This document shows, in pieces, positions 55,679 through 64,000 of a DNA stretch of 64,000 nucleotides. The position numbers and the translations under genes are program-made. Origin of the DNA: Rebecca billardiae RCC1528 (lineage: Eukaryota > Protista > Haptophyta); contig OZ251247.1 in the NCBI GenBank assembly GCA_965240325.2, positions 372,001 to 436,000 on the forward strand, in the 5' to 3' direction. The notes under the pieces are model-generated. The model had not been told where the DNA came from and ran no database searches. It was given only the letters and a program-made list of their open reading frames with translations. Within the stretch, counting starts at the first letter, position 1; every line of letters begins with the position of its first letter.

Positions 55679-58600
55679 TCTCTTTGTTGGCCGCGGGGAA
55701 GATACGCTAGCGTATCTTCGATGGCGCCCCGGCGCGCGTGAGCTCTGACGGCGCGTAGGGGGCGCGCGCGAGGGCGGCCGCGGGCGCGATTGATGCCTGG
55801 GACCTCAACGACAACTCACATGACGAGACCTTCTCTTCTGATGCCGACGACGGCCCTCCAGAGGCGACCGCGCTCGACGACGGTCGTGATTTGGACACGG
55901 TGAACAGAATGGCGGCCAAATGTGTACTTTAGGGTGGCCGCCGCGCGACGCGGGCCGGCGGCCTAGTAAGAACGCTGAGCCGGCGCGGACAGGCACTGAC
56001 AGGTGCGCAACCACCCAATACATGCTTCAGACACCGCTCACCAGCCCCTGCCACCTCGTCTCCTCGTCTGTTACTGCCCACGACACGCGCGAATGTCATC
56101 TCAATCGCCCGGCGTCGCGCGACCGCGCGGCCGCGCGCGCATGCGGTGCGCAGGCGTCAGATGGCGGAGGTGGAGATGCGGTGCGACGCGCATGGACGAT
56201 CTCGCGCAGACGCACCTCGCTCGCAGGCCCGCTGCCACTGGATGCGCCCGGCTGCACCGTCTTGCTGCGCGCAGTCGCAGCCGGCCGTTCTTGTCGACGG
56301 TGTTGGTGCGCTTCTTCATGATCTTGCCCACGATCACCTGCTTGGCGGCCTGCTCGACGCGGCCAGCTCGCGGCATGCTCGTTCCGCGTCTGTTCGAGCA
56401 CAGCCCGCCCGGCCGGCACGTGCGGTCGCAGAACGTGTTGCCGATGATCTTGCCGTCGTGCTCCGACCCTTGTGTGCTCGCGCGGTGCAGCGCGCCGCCG
56501 AGTCGCACAATGGCGCGAAGGGCGATGGCGACGACCACGTGCGGGTAGCACGCGACCGTGCTCGTCCACTGCTTGAGCTCGCGCGCATACGCGCACCAGG
56601 CGTTGAGCGCAGCAAGCACCATCACCTTCACCTCAGCGGCGGTCGTCGGACGCCGCCGACGAGTTCGCGCACCGCGCGTGAGCTGCGGCTGCTGCGGTGC
56701 CTGAGCAGCGTTGGCGTAGCCCTCGCACGGCACGATGGCGTCACGCGCGTGCTGCATCCTCTGCTGGGCGTGGCCCTGGCCCTGGCGGTACCTGGCCGCA
56801 CGCGGCGCGCACTACGACCTCGTCGTGCCACTTTGCGTCTGCCGACGGCTCGGTCCACACTGATCGTAGTGATCGTCAGCCCTGGGCTCCGCGGCCGTGC
56901 AGCGCCACTGTGTGCGACGATCGTATCGATATATGACTCACAGCGACTCACGCGTACGTGTGTCGTGGTAGTATGGCAGCGTCATGCAGGGCATCAGACG
57001 ACTGATGACGAGGCCTCCTGCCCGAAGCGCACGGGCCCGCGCGGAGGGATGAAAGTCGAAAGACATGATCGGCTCGTCCGGACGCGCGCAAATCCGCAAT
57101 GCGCATCCGATCACGCTGCTCGTCGCGCCCAGATTCTGCGCGCTGCTCGCCATGATGACGAACGAAGCACGGACTCCTGCAGGCCGAGGTGCTCAACGGC
57201 GCGCTTACTGCGTCGGCGACAGGATCCTCCATCAGCTCCCGCCCTTGTCGCAGCAGGGCACGGCTGAGGGTCACACCCGCTGATGGCCCTCCCCGCCTCG
57301 AGCTGCATCCACGAGCGCACATCAGAAAGTGCGCGCTCGCGATCGCCCACATCAGAGAGCGCATCACTCCCAACGCTCACCCCGGCGGTACGATGTAGCC
57401 CGGTGGGGCGCTGATCGCTGCCATCAGCTTCGCCGCCACGCCGCTGTCCATCCTCGGGATCTGGTGCTCTGCGAGCACTGGTCAGTGTCGAGCTGCGCTG
57501 CTCACCACGCGCCCACCCTCAGATTGATCCGGCGCGCAACGAAAGAGAAGAGAGAGCTGCACTGCCGAGCGAACGGCGCGGCCTCGCATCGCACCTGGTA
57601 CTGCTCCGGCAGCGTTCTGTCACCCGCCGCAGCCTTCGGCGCCTCCTGCTGGTGCTTCAGCTTGAGTTGCGGCAACTGCACCATATCACCTCTGCGCGAG
57701 CGCGCCGGAGAGGGTGCGCAGCAGGGGACATCGCGCGAGATTGGCCGGTCGATAGCGATCGGAACTTCAAGGGAGGATGCGCGCATGTGTCGCCCTCCCA
57801 TTCGTCCCCTTTCGCGAGACATCGACCGAAGGTTTTCGGGACGCCGCGCATCTGCGCGTGCGAGGTGGCATGACAGCCGCTCACCGCGGGCATCGTCAGC
57901 AGCTTGCTGCCACGCGCGTTGTAGCGCCGCTTCGTCTTCTCGACCGAGTTCGGGGATGCAGTGGGTCGTGTCACCCGCCTCGCCGTCTTGGTCTGCTCTC
58001 TCGAGATCGAGTGTGACGTCGGTCATGGACACCTGATGGGCGGGCACTGAGGGATGGCGGCGGGCCGCGCAATCCGCCATTGTGCCCTTCGTGGCCGCTC
58101 GAGGGGGGCTTCTAAAGTACACATTTTGAGGTCCATCTGTTCACTGTGGATGACTGCGGCGCTGCGCGGCGTGAGGCGGAGGAAAGCGGCGCGGCGCAGG
58201 GCTTCGAGCGGGCTGTGGCGATGGAGCAACTTATCATTGTCAACGTCATCGCCCCGAGTGCCACCGCGCTGCCGCACGCCACGCCAATTGCGCCAGTGCA
58301 AGCTATTCAGCGCGGCCGCTGCGGCGCGAGCCGTGGGCGTGGCCAGCAGCGCGGTGGCCGCGGTGCCTGAGCAGGGCGTTGCAGGTGCGACCAGCGCGCC
58401 GCTGCCACCGCGCGCTCGTCAACGGTTGATGGAGTCGCGAATGCCGCACGTCCCGCCGACTAGCCCGCCCTGTGTGCTGTCGCCGTGACCCCTCAGTGCT
58501 GTTGGTCGTCCGACGACGAGCCCGCGCCGCGCGTCGCTGAGCGTGTGCCGTGTCTCTCAAAACGTCAGTCGTGGAGCTCTCTGACGTGCGCGGCGCTTGC

Positions 58601-58926
58601 TGCCCATTAAGTCAATCATGTTGGGCACCTCCTGGGGCACCTCTGGCTGAAGTCTTAGCCTCTGAGGTCTCGAACATAGCCGGCGCTAGCGTACTACCGG
58701 CACCCTCAAAAGGAAGATACGCTAGCGTCCTTCGACTTTTGGACGGTTCCGGCGGTCGGACGGTCGCCTGCGGCACCTGACGCCCAAACCCGAGCGGGTC
58801 CCAAGGTTTTCGAGGTCGCTGAACGCATTTGCCGCTGGGGCCGAGGTCTGAAAACCAAGCGATTGCGGCGTTTTCCGCGATTTTGTGGTCGGAAGGACGC
58901 TAGCGTATCTTCGGCCAACAAAGAGA
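55679..58926. mobile_element. 3.25-kb DNA transposon with 15-bp TIR (TCTCTTTGTTGGCCG), TA TSD and subterminal palindromes; degenerate interior
   Basis: TIRs at 55679-55693 and 58912-58926; TA at 55677-55678 and 58927-58928. The empty site gatcgtacTActagggacgg is at about 43342-43361 in the duplicated block. Confidence 0.9.
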
Positions 58927-59070
58927 TACTAGGGACGGAAGGCGACCTGCTGGCTGCTGCCGCTGGTCCAACTACTGTACAGCACCGCTCCGCCACCGAG
59001 TCCGGAGCGAACCGCCGGACGAGTGACGACCAAGCCGCGACGCTGCTATGCGACCAACCGCGCCATCCAA

Positions 59071-59662
59071 CGGAGCGTTGCGCCAGCTGGACAAACGCGA
59101 AGGGGCCACCGCGAAGGGACCCACCGTCCAGGATCCTTGGACTTGTGGAGGGCCCCGGCGAGACCTGCACTCGGATCGGGGCCCTCTCCCGCTGTGCCGC
59201 TTGCGGCGCACGCCCGGCCGCGCGGCGGGCGACGTGTGCGCACGCCGTGCAGCTCGCGGCGCGTGCGCATTGGCTAGCTGGCACACGTCTCCCGACGCAC
59301 AAGGCAAATGACCGCAGCTGGGATGCTCTTTCGCGCCGCAAGAACGCGTGCGAGGCCGGTCGCCGCGGCCGAGCGGCGTGGCCGTGCCGCCTGCACGCTG
59401 GGCGCCCATGGACGTGGCTTCGCCGCGCGCGCTGAGGCCGGCGAGCGTCGCGACCGACTTCCACGACGCGTGCGACGCGCCATCTGCCCGCTTCCTTGCC
59501 TGTGACGCACGTCTTCTGCGGGCAACGGCCATCGCCCGCCCATGCGGCGGCGAAGCCGCCATCCGCCGCGCTTTGCCGTTGGACAGCGCGGAACATTTCT
59601 TTTTGAAAAGCGCCGATCTGAAAAGACCGGAAGGCGTTTGTCCAGCTGGCGCAACGCCCCTG
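59071..59662. mobile_element. About 590-bp insertion bounded by a 24-bp perfect inverted repeat (MITE-like)
   Basis: GCGTTGCGCCAGCTGGACAAACGC at 59075-59098 and its reverse complement at 59634-59657. Absent from the paralogous site at about 43476-43495. No clean TSD. Confidence 0.78.
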
Positions 59663-59707
59663 ATTCGCGCCGCATCCCGCTCGGCGGCTCGGCCGAGAGA
59701 GAGATCG

Positions 59708-61237
59708 ATGGCATCCGCGGCGACGACGCACGGGCGTGGCGGGGCGCACTCGGGAGCGCTGATGCTGACCGGCCTGCCGCCCGAGCTGATCTCGCGCCTG
59801 ATGATCCACCTCGACAGCGCGCGTGGCCTCGCCGCCGCCAACGCCGCCTCGCGCCTCTTCCGTGGCGCGCCCGGCGAGCGCTCGCCGGTCGAGCACGCGC
59901 TTCGCGAGCGCGCGCACGCTCGCGGCCACGCTGACGCGCTGCCCACCGAGCTGCCGGCAGGCGTGCGCACGTGGTCCGAAGAGCTGTTTGCGTGCGAGCG
60001 ACTGCTCGAGGTCGCGCACGCGCACCGGAACGTCGTGACCGCCGGCGGATTCCTCGACGTCGCTAGCTTCAGCGCGTTTGTGGACGCGGATGGCGGGCTG
60101 CACACGTGCGGCGAGGAGGCGCTGCGGGACGAGGACTGGGGGGAGCCGACGGGCGAGTATCGACCGTCCGTGGCGATCGACCACCCAGATGCGCTGAACG
60201 TGTGCTTGCCGACGCGCGTGGCCTCGCTCAGCGCGGTGCGCGTGTGCTCTGTGACCGCTGGCTTTGCCCACCTGCTCGCGCTGAGCGACGCCGGCACCGT
60301 GTACGGCTGCGGCGGCAACCTGCACGGCCAGCTCGGGCTGGGGGACGATGAGACGCGGCGCTCGTTCGTCGAGGTCTACCCGCTCGCGCGCGAGCTCGTC
60401 GTCTCGATCGCCGCGGGCGGCGACCACAGCAGCGCGCTCACCGCCGCTGGGTGTGTGTACAGCTGGGGCAACAACGGGCACGGCCAGCTCGGCCACGGCG
60501 ACACGGAGAAGCGGTGGGAGCCGACGCGCATCGAGGCGCTGGACGGCGTGCGCGTGGGCGGCGTTGCTGCAGGTGGTGCTCACACGCTGTTCCTATCTGC
60601 GCATTGCGCCGTCTACTCGTGCGGCGACTGCTACAACGGCCAGCTCGGCCACGGCGACCGGCGCAATCAGCACACGCCGAGGCGCATCGAGGCGCTCGCG
60701 GGCGTGCGCGCCGTGCACGTGAGCGCGGGCAATCAGCACAGCCTGGTGGTGGACGCGGAGGGTGGTGTGCATTCGTTCGGACGTGGGGACTGGGTCTGCC
60801 TGGGCCACGGGGACGAGACCACGCAACCACTGCCCAAGTGCATCGATGCATTGGCGGGTGTGCACGCCGTGCGCGCCTGTGGCGGGCTATGCAGCAGCGC
60901 GGTGGTCGGCGCGGACGGCAGCGTGCACACGTTCGGGGAAAACGAGCACGGCCAGCTGGGGCTTCGCGCCGAGCGCGAGTACGCGCTGCTGCCCGCGCGC
61001 GTCGACACCCTCTCTCCCCAGCCCGCGCTCGGCTGCGCGCTCGGCTCCACCCACGCGCTGTTCTTGACGGCGGAAGGCGCTGTGTACGCATGTGGCATGC
61101 AGTCGGCAGCACTCGGCCTCGGGCTGACGATCAACGCCAACGAGGAGGGTGGGCGCTCTGCGCAGCCGGCGCCGCAGCGCGTGACGCAGCTGCCGTCCCT
61201 CACTGGCACGCTCCACGACCGTGTGTGGCGTTCGTAG
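59708..61237 (+). CDS. F-box/RCC1-repeat protein copy 14
   Basis: LTGLPPELISRLMIHLDSARGLAAANAASRLFR, RCC1 blades. Confidence 0.92.
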   Translation: MASAATTHGRGGAHSGALMLTGLPPELISRLMIHLDSARGLAAANAASRLFRGAPGERSPVEHALRERAHARGHADALPTELPAGVRTWSEELFACERLLEVAHAHRNVVTAGGFLDVASFSAFVDADGGLHTCGEEALRDEDWGEPTGEYRPSVAIDHPDALNVCLPTRVASLSAVRVCSVTAGFAHLLALSDAGTVYGCGGNLHGQLGLGDDETRRSFVEVYPLARELVVSIAAGGDHSSALTAAGCVYSWGNNGHGQLGHGDTEKRWEPTRIEALDGVRVGGVAAGGAHTLFLSAHCAVYSCGDCYNGQLGHGDRRNQHTPRRIEALAGVRAVHVSAGNQHSLVVDAEGGVHSFGRGDWVCLGHGDETTQPLPKCIDALAGVHAVRACGGLCSSAVVGADGSVHTFGENEHGQLGLRAEREYALLPARVDTLSPQPALGCALGSTHALFLTAEGAVYACGMQSAALGLGLTINANEEGGRSAQPAPQRVTQLPSLTGTLHDRVWRS

Positions 61238-63750
61238 ACGGACGGAGGGCTGCCACTCACTAGAGTACAGTTTATTACTAAGAATAAGAGACTACGCACA
61301 CAGCTCAGGCAGCAGACGAGATTGACGCCGCCAGCCATCAATAAGATTAAGATGGCGCGGCGGTCGTGATCTAGTAGTCAGACCGTGTACACGGTAGGGG
61401 GGCCAAATAAGTGGCACTGTAGCGTTACTGACGGCCACGAGCGCGGGTCCTAGCGAGTGTTTAGAGCTGATTTCGGGCTGGATCATTTGCCCTCTGGAGG
61501 GGTCTGGGCCGGCCATGTAAAAAAATCAGGTGCACATACCCTGAATATAGGGCGTAACGGCTAGCATATTTACTTATTAGAATGAGCCTGAACTTATTGG
61601 AAATACGGCATGTAACGGTCGTCCTATATGTGACATATAGACCATGTCGACCTCACTTTGTTAGAGCATCTCAGCGAGATCGTTCTGAGTCCCCAGCAGC
61701 AGCAGGTCCCAACATGCGATATAGGCTGTGTACTGGCAGGCTGTCAAATATGTAGTTTCCTAGAAGCCACCGATCGTTACATACCCACTGTGTATATAGG
61801 CGCCATGCTGATGAATACAGCCTCATCTGATCTCGAGCTGCGAGATACGCGTTTTCAGACTGTGTATACGGCCACGCGTACGGCGTATTGCAGACATATT
61901 AGACCCAAAGCACCGGCCCCACGTCCTCAGCCCGGGAGTGCTCTCGGTCATAGTCACGGTTTAAAGTCACTCGAGCCAACCGTCACCGCTCCCTGGCCGA
62001 GACCTACGAGGCAGGTCAAATCTGTCGTCGTCGCAGTGCGGCACAGTGCCGAGCATGCGATTCGGCAGCAAACGTCTGCTCCAGGCGGTGGCTGGCGTGT
62101 CTGCACCAAACCAGGCTGGATGGGATTGGTCCACATAGGTACGCACTACCCTGTTCCGCGCTATTTCTGGGCTTAGGGGCGGATATTCGGCCTACAGAGG
62201 CTGATCCGGCGTTGTTCGGCGCTCCTGGCTGGCTGCGCGGAGCCCAACGGCAAGCGCCGGCGTGTGCAAGGTGTCAAGATTGAGACGGTCTCTGACGCTC
62301 CCGCCGGTCTTGGGCGCACCAGGGTGCATGAGGGCCCATCTGCATCTGCTTCTGCAGGCATGAGCGTCACAGGGGCGCGCTTGCAGGCACGGTCGAGTGC
62401 ACGTCGGACCTGTCGAATGAGCCAACCGCTGCCTGCGAGCACGTCCGCGACGTCCTGAGAGGCGAATGGGAGGCGCCCAGACGCCATCTGGGGGCACACG
62501 TGACCCATACCCAACGTACTGACCATCGCAAGTGCCACGGCAGGTGCAAACACGGGCCCTACAAGCGGAACATGACAGTTGCGAGCTCCGCGGAGGTGCT
62601 GTGCGCGAGCTCGCGCCGGTCTGCTGACGGCGATTCCGGCGCAGTAGGGCAGGTTAGGCGAGCTGGGCATTCACAGACATACATGGACGATTGGTCCGAG
62701 CATCGATCTCATTGGTCCGAGTTGATCATGCGCCACACCGTGCGGTAGCGTAGCGGGCGTACGCAGCGCGCCAATTCAAGCCGGCCGACGCGCGCCGCGC
62801 ACGGCGCGAGGTGGCCAAGAAGCGGGTGGTGAGCCGCTGGTGGCGCAAAGGCACGGGTCAGTAGCGCCCACCAGCGTCACGCGCGCGCGCACCCGAGACC
62901 ATCTCGGCGTCTCAAAGGTCGCGAGCGCGCGGCGGTCCACTGCCTCCGGCCGCTCGTGCTGGAGCGGAACCGAGCTCTGAGCGCCCGAAGGCGTCGGAGC
63001 TCGATTTTCGAGCGAGGTCCGAGAAAAAGGCTCCGCGCCACCCTAAAAGGCCGAGGGCGGAGCGAAAATGCGACGCGACTTTGCTTTTCATTTTTAAATG
63101 GGCGGTTTGGCCCCCCTATAACACGGAATAACGGCGGTCATCGATCGATCGATAATAAATCAGTATATATATATATAGTTCGTCGTCGTCATCATGATCA
63201 TCATATCAGCAGTATACGACTAGCAGTCATCGTCAGATATCCGGACGATTCTACTACTCTACATATATATATGATGATGATGATATGTAGGATTTATCGT
63301 CGCCTCGTTGGCGTGCTCAGCCTGGCCGGTTACACGGGCAGCTCCGCGCGGGGCCGCCGGCACTTGGCACCTGCACGGCAGCAGTGGCATCAGCTGTCAG
63401 CGGCCGCCGCGTTAGTTCCCGTTCAGTGTGTACTATACGAGCAGGTACTCGCGGCTTACACTGCTGTCATCAGTCTGAGAAGTATATATATATACACTCA
63501 GTCATCGTCGAGACCGGCCAGCCCTCTCCGGCGCCGCGCTACAGGCAATCGCGGGCAATAAGAAGTCAGAGATCTCACGGCTAGCCTCGGTTTCTTAGCC
63601 GTTCGGTAGCCCGAGCGTCTACGGAGTCTCAGTTTCTTAGCTAGGTCCGCCCGCCGCGCAGGCGCGGGGGGCGCAGGGTCCAGGGGCAGAGCCCCCCGCT
63701 GAGTCTTTAAGTTTAGGCCCGGCCGGCGAGGCCTAAGAAATAATATTTGG

Positions 63751-63785
63751 GCTCCAAAAAGGCCCAAATTGGGCCTTTTTGGAGC
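63751..63785. repeat. 35-bp palindrome (17-bp arms)
   Basis: gctccaaaaaggcccaa-a-ttgggcctttttggagc. Confidence 0.85.
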
Positions 63786-64000
63786 AAAGCTGGCATGATG
63801 TTGCATGGATGCTGCGGTGCACTGGCCAGGAGTCAGTCATCAGGAGAAGTCGGGACTTGGCCTGTACTCGTAGTCGGGCCGCGCGCCGCGTCCCCGACGC
63901 GGGCCGACTGCGCCTCGCCCTCACGGCGGACCACTCGTCAGCCGGGACGACGTAGTCCCGGTTTCTTAGTGTGGCTATGCGTATAGCGAACCAGCCAATC

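Noticed and set aside
5906-61237. UVR8 photoreceptor or RCC1 orthologs
   Set aside because: No GWRHT motifs or UVR8-type C-terminal tail; an F-box-like N-terminus is present. Only the fold is shared, so no gene symbol was given.
5906-61237. Diversity-generating retroelement, since the variable codons are mostly NNC
   Set aside because: No reverse transcriptase or template repeat in the window, the neighbouring AAC codon is invariant, and NNC is expected from the strong GC3 bias.
13620-62160. Similar peptides VHIGTTHP (about 13620) and VHIGTHYP (about 62130)
   Set aside because: Too short, with no extended DNA or protein similarity; treated as coincidence.

Overview
GC-rich eukaryotic nuclear DNA with short GT-AG introns and TTAGGG-type repeats inside introns. 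A haptophyte-like alga is a plausible source, but that is an inference. The window is dominated by a cluster of 13 full-length intronless genes plus one 3' fragment, each full-length copy encoding an N-terminal F-box-like motif fused to RCC1 (beta-propeller) repeats. Ten copies are open, one has a frameshift plus a nonsense codon, one has a single-base frameshift, and one is split by a transposon. The copies share near-identical DNA scaffolds but differ at the same few codons in each blade, and they are mosaics of one another, which suggests a diversifying repertoire of SCF substrate receptors. Several mobile elements interrupt the cluster: (i) an apparently intact 4.4-kb IS630/Tc1-type DD36E transposon with 244-bp TIRs, each TIR supplying the ATG for one of two convergent genes; (ii) a three-level nest (a P-like MITE inside a 5.1-kb split-direct-repeat DIRS/TOC1-like element inside a long-TIR element); (iii) a 1.08-kb foldback element; (iv) a 3.2-kb TA-targeting element with subterminal palindromes; (v) a 0.6-kb IR-bounded insert. 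Other genes include a 5-exon DUF2306-like membrane protein, an exostosin/GT47 glycosyltransferase, a SANT/Myb plus split-AP2 protein and two gene fragments between 50-bp direct repeats. All calls were made by eye, with no database searches.
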